Origin: Eledone cirrhosa
Taxonomy: Eukaryota
Direction of reading: 5' to 3'
NCBI GenBank assembly: GCA_964016885.1
Contig: OZ024758.1
Coordinates: 36,270,001 to 36,334,000, forward strand
Length of the DNA stretch: 64,000 bases
Position numbers and translations under genes: made by a program. The notes under the pieces were generated by a model. It was not told where the DNA came from. It did not search any database and worked only from the letters and a program-made list of their open reading frames with translations. The number at the start of each line of letters is the position of its first letter. Within the stretch, counting starts at the first letter, position 1. Shown piece by piece: positions 1 to 12,486 of this stretch.

Positions 1-3000
1 GTTGGTGAGAATTCATTTAAGTCATGGTACTAGCTGTCAGAAGTAACTCCACTGTTGGTGAGAATTCATTTAAGTTCATTGTATTAGCTGTCAGAAGGAA
101 CGCCACTGTTGGTGAGAATTCATTTAAGTTCATGGTATTAGCTGTCAGAAGTAACTCCACTGTTGGTGAGAATTCATTTAAGTTCATGGTACTAGCTGTC
201 AGAAGTAACTCCAATGTTGGTGAGAATTCATTTAAGTTCATGGTATTAGCTGTCAGAAGGAACTCCACTGTTGCTGAGAATTCATTTAAGTTCATGGCAT
301 TAGCTGTCAGAAGTAACTCCACTGTTGGTGAGAATTCATTTAAGTTCATGGTACTAGCTGTCAGAAGTCACTCCACTGTTGGTGAGAATTCATTTAAGTT
401 CATGGTACTAGCTGTCAGAAGTAACTCCACTGTTGGTGAGAATTCATTTAAGTTCATGGTATTAGCTGTCAGAAGTCACTCCAATGTTGGTGAGAATTCA
501 TTTAAGTTCATGGTATTAGCTGTCAGAAGTCACTCCACTGTTGGTGAGAATTCATTTAAGTTCATGGTACTAGCTGTCAGAAGTAACCCCAATGTTGGTG
601 AGAATTCATTTAAGTTCATGGTATTAGCTGTCAGAAGTAACTCCACTGTTGGTGAGAATTCATTTAAGTTCATGGTATTAGCTGTCAGAAGTAACTCCAC
701 TGTTGGTGAGAATTCATTTAAGTTCATGGTATTAGCTGTCAGAAGTAACTCCACTGTTGGTGAGAATTCATTTAAGTCATGGTATTAGCTGTCAGAAGTA
801 ACTCCAATGTTGGTGAGAATTCATTTAAGTTCATGGTATTAGCTGTCAGAAGTCACTCCACTGTTGGTGAGAATTCATTTAAGTTCATGGTACTAGCTGT
901 CAGAAGTAACCCCAATGTTGGTGAGAATTCATTTAAGTTCATGGTATTAGCTGTCAGAAGTCACTCCAATGTTGGTGAGAATTCATTTAAGTTCATGGTA
1001 TTAGCTGTCAGAAGTAACTCCACTGTTGGTGAGAATTCATTTAAGTTCATGGTATTAGCTGTCAGAAGTAACTCCACTGTTGGTGAGAATTCATTTAAGT
1101 TCATTGTATTAGCTGTCAGAAGGAACGCCACTGTTGGTGAGAATTCATTTAAGTTCATGGTATTAGCTGTCAGAAGTAACTCCACTGTTGGTGAGAATTC
1201 ATTTAAGTTGATGGTACTAGCTGTCAGAAGTAACTCCAATGTTGGTGAGAATTCATTTAAGTTCATGGTATTAGCTGTCAGAAGGAACTCCACTGTTGCT
1301 GAGAATTCATTTAAGTTCATGGTATTAGCTGTCAGAAGTAACTCCACTGTTGGTGAGAATTCATTTAAGTTCATGGTACTAGCTGTCAGAAGTCACTCCA
1401 CTGTTGGTGAGAATACATTTAAGTTCATGGTACTAGCTGTCAGAAGTAACCCCAATGTTGGTGAGAATTCATTTAAGTTCATGGTATTAGCTGTCAGAAG
1501 TCACTCCAATGTTGGTGAGAATTCATTTAAGTTCATGGTATTAGCTGTCAGAAGTAACTCCACTGTTGGTAAGAATTCATTTAAGTTCATGGTATTAGCT
1601 GTCAGAAGTAACTCCACTGTTGGTGTGAATTCATTTAAGTTCATGGTATTAGCTGTCAGAAGGAACGCCACTGTTGGTGAGAATTCATTTAAGTTCATGG
1701 TATTAGCTGTCAGAAGTAACTCCACTGTTGGTGAGAATTCATTTAAGTTCATGGTACTAGCTGTCAGAAGTAACTCCACTGTTGGTGAGAATTCATTTAA
1801 GTTCATGGTATTAGCTGTCAGAAGTCACTCCAATGTTGGTGAGAATTCATTTAAGTTCATGGTATTAGCTGTCAGAAGTCACTCCACTGTTGGTGAGAAT
1901 TCATTTAAGTTCATGGTACTAGCTGTCAGAAGTAACCCCAATGTTGGTGAGAATTCATTTAAGTTCATGGTATTAGCTGTCAGAAGTCACTCCAATGTTG
2001 GTGAGAATTCATTTAAGTTCATGGTATTAGCTGTCAGAAGTCACTCCACTGTTGGTGAGAATTCATTTAAGTTCATGGTACTAGCTGTCAGAAGTAACCC
2101 CAATGTTGGTGAGAATTCATTTAAGTTCATGGTATTAGCTGTCAGAAGTCACTCCAATGTTGGTGAGAATTCATTTAAGTTCATGGTATTAGCTGTCAGA
2201 AGTAACTCCACTGTTGGTGAGAATTCATTTAAGTTCATGGTATTAGCTGTCAGAAGTAACTCCACTGTTGGTGAGAATTCATTTAAGTTCATGGTATTAG
2301 CTGTCAGAAGTAACTCCACTGTTGGTGAGAATTCATTTAAGTCATGGTATTAGCTGTCAGAAGTAACTCCAATGTTGGTGAGAATTCATTTAAGTTCATG
2401 GTATTAGCTGTCAGAAGTCACTCCACTGTTGGTGAGAATTCATTTAAGTTCATGGTACTAGCTGTCAGAAGTAACCCCAATGTTGGTGAGAATTCATTTA
2501 AGTTCATGGTATTAGCTGTCAGAAGTCACTCCAATGTTGGTGAGAATTCATTTAAGTTCATGGTATTAGCTGTCAGAAGTAACTCCACTGTTGGTGAGAA
2601 TTCATTTAAGTTCATGGTATTAGCTGTCAGAAGTAACTCCACTGTTGGTGAGAATTCATTTAAGTTCATTGTATTAGCTGTCAGAAGGAACGCCACTGTT
2701 GGTGAGAATTCATTTAAGTTCATGGTATTAGCTGTCAGAAGTAACTCCACTGTTGGTGAGAATTCATTTAAGTTCATGGTACTAGCTGTCAGAAGTAACT
2801 CCAATGTTGGTGAGAATTCATTTAAGTTCATGGTATTAGCTGTCAGAAGGAACTCCACTGTTGCTGAGAATTCATTTAAGTTCATGGTATTAGCTGTCAG
2901 AAGTAACTCCACTGTTGGTGAGAATTCATTTAAGTTCATGGTACTAGCTGTCAGAAGTCACTCCACTGTTGGTGAGAATACATTTAAGTTCATGGTACTA

Positions 3001-4284
3001 GCTGTCAGAAGTAACCCCAATGTTGGTGAGAATTCATTTAAGTTCATGGTATTAGCTGTCAGAAGTCACTCCAATGTTGGTGAGAATTCATTTAAGTTCA
3101 TGGTATTAGCTGTCAGAAGTAACTCCACTGTTGGTAAGAATTCATTTAAGTTCATGGTATTAGCTGTCAGAAGTAACTCCACTGTTGGTGAGAATTCATT
3201 TAAGTTCATGGTATAGCTGTCAGAAGGAACGCCACTGTTGGTGAGAATTCATTTAAGTTCATGGTATTAGCTGTCAGAAGTAACTCCACTGTTGGTGAGA
3301 ATTCATTTAAGTTCATGGTACTAGCTGTCAGAAGTAACTCCACTGTTGGTGAGAATTCATTTAAGTTCATGGTATTAGCTGTCAGAAGTCACTCCAATGT
3401 TGGTGAGAATTCATTTAAGTTCATGGTATTAGCTGTCAGAAGTCACTCCACTGTTGGTGAGAATTCATTTAAGTTCATGGTACTAGCTGTCAGAAGTAAC
3501 CCCAATGTTGGTGAGAATTCATTTAAGTTCATGGTATTAGCTGTCAGAAGTCACTCCAATGTTGGTGAGAATTCATTTAAGTTCATGGTATTAGCTGTCA
3601 GAAGTAACTCCACTGTTGGTGAGAATTCATTTAAGTTCATGGTATTAGCTGTCAGAAGTAACTCCACTGTTGGTGAGAATTCATTTAAGTTCATGGTATT
3701 AGCTGTCAGAAGTAACTCCACTGTTGGTGAGAATTCATTTAAGTCATGGTATTAGCTGTCAGAAGTAACTCCAATGTTGGTGAGAATTCATTTAAGTTCA
3801 TGGTATTAGCTGTCAGAAGTCACTCCACTGTTGGTGAGAATTCATTTAAGTTCATGGTACTAGCTGTCAGAAGTAACCCCAATGTTGGTGAGAATTCATT
3901 TAAGTTCATGGTATTAGCTGTCAGAAGTCACTCCAATGTTGGTGAGAATTCATTTAAGTTCATGGTATTAGCTGTCAGAAGTCACTCCACTGTTGGTGAG
4001 AATTCATTTAAGTTCATGGTACTAGCTGTCAGAAGTAACCCCAATGTTGCTGAGAATTCATTTAAGTTCATGGTATTAGCTGTCAGAAGTCACTCCAATG
4101 TTGGTGAGAATTCATTTAAGTTCATGGTATTAGCTGTCAGAAGTAACTCCACTGTTGGTGAGAATTCATTTAAGTTCATGGTATTAGCTGTCAGAAGTAA
4201 CTCCACTGTTGGTGAGAATTCATTTAAGTTCATGGTATTAGCTGTCAGAAGTAACTCCACTGTTGGTGAGAATTCATTTAAGTC

Positions 4285-5687
4285 ATGGTATTAGCTGTCA
4301 GAAGTAACTCCAATGTTGGTGAGAATTCATTTAAGTTCATGGTATTAGCTGTCAGAAGTCACTCCACTGTTGGTGAGAATTCATTTAAGTTCATGGTACT
4401 AGCTGTCAGAAGTAACCCCAATGTTGGTGAGAATTCATTTAAGTTCATGGTATTAGCTGTCAGAAGTCACTCCAATGTTGGTGAGAATTCATTTAAGTTC
4501 ATGGTATTAGCTGTCAGAAGTAACTCCACTGTTGGTGAGAATTCATTTAAGTTCATGGTATTAGCTGTCAGAAGTAACTCCACTGTTGGTGAGAATTCAT
4601 TTAAGTTCATGGTATTAGCTGTCAGAAGGAACGCCACTGTTGGTGAGAATTCATTTAAGTTCATGGTATTAGCTGTCAGAAGTAACTCCACTGTTGGTGA
4701 GAATTCATTTAAGTTCATGGTACTAGCTGTCAGAAGTAACTCCAATGTTGGTGAGAATTCATTTAAGTTCATGGTATTAGCTGTCAGAAGGAACTCCACT
4801 GTTGCTGAGAATTCATTTAAGTTCATGGTATTAGCTGTCAGAAGTAACTCCACTGTTGGTGAGAATTCATTTAAGTTCATGGTACTAGCTGTCAGAAGTC
4901 ACTCCACTGTTGGTGAGAATACATTTAAGTTCATGGTACTAGCTGTCAGAAGTAACCCCAATGTTGGTGAGAATTCATTTAAGTTCATGGTATTAGCTGT
5001 CAGAAGTCACTCCAATGTTGGTGAGAATTCATTTAAGTTCATGGTATTAGCTGTCAGAAGTAACTCCACTGTTGGTAAGAATTCATTTAAGTTCATGGTA
5101 TTAGCTGTCAGAAGTAACTCCACTGTTGGTGAGAATTCATTTAAGTTCATGGTATTAGCTGTCAGAAGGAACGCCACTGTTGGTGAGAATTCATTTAAGT
5201 TCATGGTATTAGCTGTCAGAAGTAACTCCACTGTTGGTGAGAATTCATTTAAGTTCATGGTACTAGCTGTCAGAAGTAACTCCACTGTTGGTGAGAATTC
5301 ATTTAAGTTCATGGTATTAGCTGTCAGAAGTCACTCCAATGTTGGTGAGAATTCATTTAAGTTCATGGTATTAGCTGTCAGAAGTCACTCCACTGTTGGT
5401 GAGAATTCATTTAAGTTCATGGTACTAGCTGTCAGAAGTAACCCCAATGTTGGTGAGAATTCATTTAAGTTCATGGTATTAGCTGTCAGAAGTCACTCCA
5501 ATGTTGGTGAGAATTCATTTAAGTTCATGGTATTAGCTGTCAGAAGTAACTCCACTGTTGGTGAGAATTCATTTAAGTTCATGGTATTAGCTGTCAGAAG
5601 TAACTCCACTGTTGGTGAGAATTCATTTAAGTTCATGGTATTAGCTGTCAGAAGTAACTCCACTGTTGGTGAGAATTCATTTAAGTC
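4285..5687 (+). repeat. 26-mer higher-order repeat unit (1403 bp), reference copy
   Basis: Bounded by 53-bp monomers (AAGTCATGG). The variant order is NSN,HST,NPN,HSN,NST,NST,RNAT,NST,NSN,RNST-A,NST,HST-T,NPN,HSN,NST-K,NST,RNAT,NST,NST,HSN,HST,NPN,HSN,NST,NST,NST. The same order recurs at 2344-3745, 31797-33199, 38161-39563 and 60278-61679. Confidence 0.9.
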
Positions 5688-8657
5688 ATGGTATTAGCTG
5701 TCAGAAGTAACTCCAATGTTGGTGAGAATTCATTTAAGTTCATGGTATTAGCTGTCAGAAGTCACTCCACTGTTGGTGAGAATTCATTTAAGTTCATGGT
5801 ACTAGCTGTCAGAAGTAACCCCAATGTTGGTGAGAATTCATTTAAGTTCATGGTATTAGCTGTCAGAAGTCACTCCAATGTTGGTGAGAATTCATTTAAG
5901 TTCATGGTATTAGCTGTCAGAAGTAACTCCACTGTTGGTGAGAATTCATTTAAGTTCATGGTATTAGCTGTCAGAAGTAACTCCACTGTTGGTGAGAATT
6001 CATTTAAGTTCATGGTATTAGCTGTCAGAAGTAACTCCACTGTTGGTGAGAATTCATTTAAGTTGATGGTACTAGCTGTCAGAAGTAACTCCAATGTTGG
6101 TGAGAATTCATTTACGTTCATGGTATTAGCTGTCACAAGGAACTCCACTGTTGCTGAGAATTCATTTAAGTTCATGGTATTAGCTGTCAGAAGTAACTCC
6201 ACTGTTGGTGAGAATTCATTTAAGTTCATGGTACTAGCTGTCAGAAGTCACTCCACTGTTGGTGAGAATACATTTAAGTTCATGGTACTAGCTGTCAGAA
6301 GTAACCCCAATGTTGGTGAGAATTCATTTAAGTTCATGGTATTAGCTGTCAGAAGTCACTCCAATGTTGGTGAACATTCATTTAAGTTCATGGTATTAGC
6401 TGTCAGAAGTAACTCCACTGTTGGTAAGAATTCATTTAAGTTCATGGTATTAGCTGTCAGAAGTAACTCCACTGTTGGTGTGAATTCATTTAAGTTCATG
6501 GTATTAGCTGTCAGAAGGAACGCCACTGTTGGTGAGAATTCATTTAAGTTCATGGTATTAGCTGTCAGAAGTAACTCCACTGTTGGTGAGAATTCATTTA
6601 AGTTCATGGTACTAGCTGTCAGAAGTAACTCCACTGTTGGTGAGAATTCATTTAAGTTCATGGTATTAGCTGTCAGAAGTCACTCCAATGTTGGTGAGAA
6701 TTCATTTAAGTCCATGGTATTAGCTGTCAGAAGTCACTCCACTGTTGGTGAGAATTCATTTAAGTTCATGGTACCAGCTGTCAGAAGTAACCCCAATGTT
6801 GGTGAGAATTCATTTAAGTTCATGGTATTAGCTGTCAGAAGTCACTCCAATGTTGGTGAGAATTCATTTAAGTTCATGGTATTAGCTGTCAGAAGTCACT
6901 CCACTGTTGGTGAGAATTCATTTAAGTTCATGGTACTAGCTGTCAGAAGTAACCCCAATGTTGGTGAGAATTCATTTAAGTTCATGGTATTAGCTGTCAG
7001 AAGTCACTCCAATGTTGGTGAGAATTCATTTAAGTTCATGGTATTAGCTGTCAGAAGTAACTCCACTGTTGGTGAGAATTCATTTAAGTTCATGGTATTA
7101 GCTGTCAGAAGTAACTCCACTGTTGGTGAGAAAATTCATTTAAGTTCATGGTACTAGCTGTCAGAAGTAACTCCACTGTTGGTGAGAATTCATTTAAGTT
7201 CATGGTATTAGCTGTCAGAAGTCACTCCAATGTTGGTGAGAATTCATTTAAGTTCATGGTATTAGCTGTCAGAAGTCACTCCACTGTTGGTGAGAATTCA
7301 TTTAAGTTCATGGTACTAGCTGTCAGAAGTAACCCCAATGTTGGTGAGAATTCATTTAAGTTCATGGTATTAGCTGTCAGAAGTCACTCCAATGTTGGTG
7401 AGAATTCATTTAAGTTCATGGTATTAGCTGTCAGAAGTAACTCCACTGTTGGTGAGAATTCATTTAAGTTCATGGTATTAGCTGTCAGAAGTAACTCCAC
7501 TGTTGGTGAGAATTCATTTAAGTTCATGGTATTAGCTGTCAGAAGTAACTCCACTGTTGGTGAGAATTCATTTAAGTCATGGTATTAGCTGTCAGAAGTA
7601 ACTCCACTGTTGGTGAGAATTCATTTAAGTTCATTGTATTAGCTGTCAGAAGTAACTCCACTGTTGGTGAGAATTCATTTAAGTTCATGGTACTAGCTGT
7701 CAGAAGTAACTCCAATGTTGGTGAGAATTCATTTAAGTTCATGGTATTAGCTGTCAGAAGGAACTCCACTGTTGCTGAGAATTCATTTAAGTTCATGGTA
7801 TTAGCTGTCAGAAGTAACTCCACTGTTGGTGAGAATTCATTTAAGTTCATGGTACTAGCTGTCAGAAGTCACTCCACTGTTGGTGAGAATACATTTAAGT
7901 TCATGGTACTAGCTGTCAGAAGTAACCCCAATGTTGGTGAGAATTCATTTAAGTTCATGGTATTAGCTGTCAGAAGTCACTCCAATGTTGGTGAGAATTC
8001 ATTTAAGTTCATGGTATTAGCTGTCAGAAGTAACTCCACTGTTGGTAAGAATTCATTTAAGTTCATGGTATTAGCTGTCAGAAGTAACTCCACTGTTGGT
8101 GAGAATTCATTTAAGTTCATGGTATTAGCTGTCAGAAGGAACGCCACTGTTGGTGAGAATTCATTTAAGTTCATGGTATTAGCTGTCAGAAGTAACTCCA
8201 CTGTTGGTGAGAATTCATTTAAGTTCATGGTACTAGCTGTCAGAAGTAACTCCACTGTTGGTGAGAATTCATTTAAGTTCATGGTATTAGCTGTCAGAAG
8301 TCACTCCAATGTTGGTGAGAATTCATTTAAGTTCATGGTATTAGCTGTCAGAAGTCACTCCACTGTTGGTGAGAATTCATTTAAGTTCATGGTACTAGCT
8401 GTCAGAAGTAACCCCAATGTTGGTGAGAATTCATTTAAGTTCATGGTATTAGCTGTCAGAAGTCACTCCAATGTTGGTGAGAATTCATTTAAGTTCATGG
8501 TATTAGCTGTCAGAAGTAACTCCACTGTTGGTGAGAATTCATTTAAGTTCATGGTATTAGCTGTCAGAAGTAACTCCACTGTTGGTGAGAATTCATTTAA
8601 GTTCATGGTATTAGCTGTCAGAAGTAACTCCACTGTTGGTGAGAATTCATTTAAGTC

Positions 8658-9196
8658 ATGGTATTAGCTGTCAGAAGTAACTCCAATGTTGGTGAGAATT
8701 CATTTAAGTTCATGGTATTAGCTGTCAGAAGTCACTCCACTGTTGGTGAGAATTCATTTAAGTTCATGGTACTAGCTGTCAGAAGTAACCCCAATGTTGG
8801 TGAGAATTCATTTAAGTTCATGGTATTAGCTGTCAGAAGTCACTCCAATGTTGGTGAGAATTCATTTAAGTTCATGGTATTAGCTGTCAGAAGTCACTCC
8901 ACTGTTGGTGAGAATTCATTTAAGTTCATGGTACTAGCTGTCAGAAGTAACCCCAATGTTGGTGAGAATTCATTTAAGTTCATGGTATTAGCTGTCAGAA
9001 GTCACTCCAATGTTGGTGAGAATTCATTTAAGTTCATGGTATTAGCTGTCAGAAGTAACTCCACTGTTGGTGAGAATTCATTTAAGTTCATGGTATTAGC
9101 TGTCAGAAGTAACTCCACTGTTGGTGAGAATTCATTTAAGTTCATGGTATTAGCTGTCAGAAGTAACTCCACTGTTGGTGAGAATTCATTTAAGTC
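8658..9196 (+). repeat. 10-mer higher-order block (539 bp), representative copy
   Basis: Order NSN,(HST,NPN,HSN)x2,NST,NST,NST(53 bp). It recurs starting at 3746, 10438, 19986, 24355, 31258, 36813 and 39941. Confidence 0.9.
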
Positions 9197-11299
9197 ATGG
9201 TATTAGCTGTCAGAAGTAACTCCAATGTTGGTGAGAATTCATTTAAGTTCATGGTATTAGCTGTCAGAAGTCACTCCACTGTTGGTGAGAATTCATTTAA
9301 GTTCATGGTACTAGCTGTCAGAAGTAACCCCAATGTTGGTGAGAATTCATTTAAGTTCATGGTATTAGCTGTCAGAAGTCACTCCAATGTTGGTGAGAAT
9401 TCATTTAAGTTCATGGTATTAGCTGTCAGAAGTAACTCCACTGTTGGTGAGAATTCATTTAAGTTCATGGTATTAGCTGTCAGAAGGAACTCCACTGTTG
9501 CTGAGAATTCATTTAAGTTCATGGTATTAGCTGTCAGAAGTAACTCCACTGTTGCTGAGAATTCATTTAAGTTCATGGTATTAGCTGTCAGAAGTAACTC
9601 CACTGTTGGTGAGAATTCATTTAAGTTCATGGTACTAGCTGTCAGAAGTCACTCCACTGTTGGTGAGAATACATTTAAGTTCATGGTACTAGCTGTCAGA
9701 AGTAACCCCAATGTTGGTGAGAATTCATTTAAGTTCATGGTATTAGCTGTCAGAAGTCACTCCAATGTTGGTGAGAATTCATTTAAGTTCATGGTATTAG
9801 CTGTCAGAAGTAACTCCACTGTTGGTAAGAATTCATTTAAGTTCATGGTATTAGCTGTCAGAAGTAACTCCACTGTTGGTGAGAATTCATTTAAGTTCAT
9901 GGTATTAGCTGTCAGAAGGAACGCCACTGTTGGTGAGAATTCATTTAAGTTCATGGTATTAGCTGTCAGAAGTAACTCCACTGTTGGTGAGAATTCATTT
10001 AAGTTCATGGTACTAGCTGTCAGAAGTAACTCCACTGTTGGTGAGAATTCATTTAAGTTCATGGTATTAGCTGTCAGAAGTCACTCCAATGTTGGTGAGA
10101 ATTCATTTAAGTTCATGGTATTAGCTGTCAGAAGTCACTCCACTGTTGGTGAGAATTCATTTAAGTTCATGGTACTAGCTGTCAGAAGTAACCCCAATGT
10201 TGGTGAGAATTCATTTAAGTTCATGGTATTAGCTGTCAGAAGTCACTCCAATGTTGGTGAGAATTCATTTAAGTTCATGGTATTAGCTGTCAGAAGTAAC
10301 TCCACTGTTGGTGAGAATTCATTTAAGTTCATGGTATTAGCTGTCAGAAGTAACTCCACTGTTGGTGAGAATTCATTTAAGTTCATGGTATTAGCTGTCA
10401 GAAGTAACTCCACTGTTGGTGAGAATTCATTTAAGTCATGGTATTAGCTGTCAGAAGTAACTCCAATGTTGGTGAGAATTCATTTAAGTTCATGGTATTA
10501 GCTGTCAGAAGTCACTCCACTGTTGGTGAGAATTCATTTAAGTTCATGGTACTAGCTGTCAGAAGTAACCCCAATGTTGGTGAGAATTCATTTAAGTTCA
10601 TGGTATTAGCTGTCAGAAGTCACTCCAATGTTGGTGAGAATTCATTTAAGTTCATGGTATTAGCTGTCAGAAGTCACTCCACTGTTGGTGAGAATTCATT
10701 TAAGTTCATGGTACTAGCTGTCAGAAGTAACCCCAATGTTGGTGAGAATTCATTTAAGTTCATGGTATTAGCTGTCAGAAGTCACTCCAATGTTGGTGAG
10801 AATTCATTTAAGTTCATGGTATTAGCTGTCAGAAGTAACTCCACTGTTGGTGAGAATTCATTTAAGTTCATGGTATTAGCTGTCAGAAGTAACTCCACTG
10901 TTGGTGAGAATTCATTTAAGTTCATGGTATTAGCTGTCAGAAGTAACTCCACTGTTGGTGAGAATTCATTTAAGTCATGGTATTAGCTGTCAGAAGTAAC
11001 TCCAATGTTGGTGAGAATTCATTTAAGTTCATGGTATTAGCTGTCAGAAGTCACTCCACTGTTGGTGAGAATTCATTTAAGTTCATGGTACTAGCTGTCA
11101 GAAGTAACCCCAATGTTGGTGAGAATTCATTTAAGTTCATGGTATTAGCTGTCAGAAGTCACTCCAATGTTGGTGAGAATTCATTTAAGTTCATGGTATT
11201 AGCTGTCAGAAGTAACTCCACTGTTGGTGAGAATTCATTTAAGTTCATGGTATTAGCTGTCAGAAGTAACTCCACTGTTGGTGAGAATTCATTTAAGTC

Positions 11300-12486
11300 A
11301 TGGTATTAGCTGTCAGAAGTAACTCCAATGTTGGTGAGAATTCATTTAAGTTCATGGTATTAGCTGTCAGAAGTCACTCCACTGTTGGTGAGAATTCATT
11401 TAAGTTCATGGTACTAGCTGTCAGAAGTAACCCCAATGTTGGTGAGAATTCATTTAAGTTCATGGTATTAGCTGTCAGAAGTCACTCCAATGTTGGTGAG
11501 AATTCATTTAAGTTCATGGTATTAGCTGTCAGAAGTAACTCCACTGTTGGTGAGAATTCATTTAAGTTCATGGTATTAGCTGTCAGAAGTAACTCCACTG
11601 TTGGTGAGAATTCATTTAAGTTCATGGTATTAGCTGTCAGAAGGAACGCCACTGTTGGTGAGAATTCATTTAAGTTCATGGTATTAGCTGTCAGAAGTAA
11701 CTCCACTGTTGGTGAGAATTCATTTAAGTTCATGGTACTAGCTGTCAGAAGTAACTCCAATGTTGGTGAGAATTCATTTAAGTTCATGGTATTAGCTGTC
11801 AGAAGGAACTCCACTGTTGCTGAGAATTCATTTAAGTTCATGGTATTAGCTGTCAGAAGTAACTCCACTGTTGGTAAGAATTCATTTAAGTTCATGGTAT
11901 TAGCTGTCAGAAGTAACTCCACTGTTGGTGAGAATTCATTTAAGTTCATGGTATTAGCTGTCAGAAGGAACGCCACTGTTGGTGAGAATTCATTTAAGTT
12001 CATGGTATTAGCTGTCAGAAGTAACTCCACTGTTGGTGAGAATTCATTTAAGTTCATGGTACTAGCTGTCAGAAGTAACTCCACTGTTGGTGAGAATTCA
12101 TTTAAGTTCATGGTATTAGCTGTCAGAAGTCACTCCAATGTTGGTGAGAATTCATTTAAGTTCATGGTATTAGCTGTCAGAAGTCACTCCACTGTTGGTG
12201 AGAATTCATTTAAGTTCATGGTACTAGCTGTCAGAAGTAACCCCAATGTTGGTGAGAATTCATTTAAGTTCATGGTATTAGCTGTCAGAAGTCACTCCAA
12301 TGTTGGTGAGAATTCATTTAAGTTCATGGTATTAGCTGTCAGAAGTAACTCCACTGTTGGTGAGAATTCATTTAAGTTCATGGTATTAGCTGTCAGAAGT
12401 AACTCCACTGTTGGTGAGAATTCATTTAAGTTCATTCTATTAGCTGTCAGAAGTAACTCCACTGTTGGTGAGAATTCATTTAAGTC
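11300..12486 (+). repeat. 22-mer deletion derivative of the 26-mer (1187 bp)
   Basis: Lacks 26-mer monomers 11-14 (216 bp), so the GTTGCTGAG monomer directly precedes the GGTAAGAAT monomer. A matching copy lies at 13835-15021, and the same junction occurs in the blocks starting at 12487 and 20525. Confidence 0.88.
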
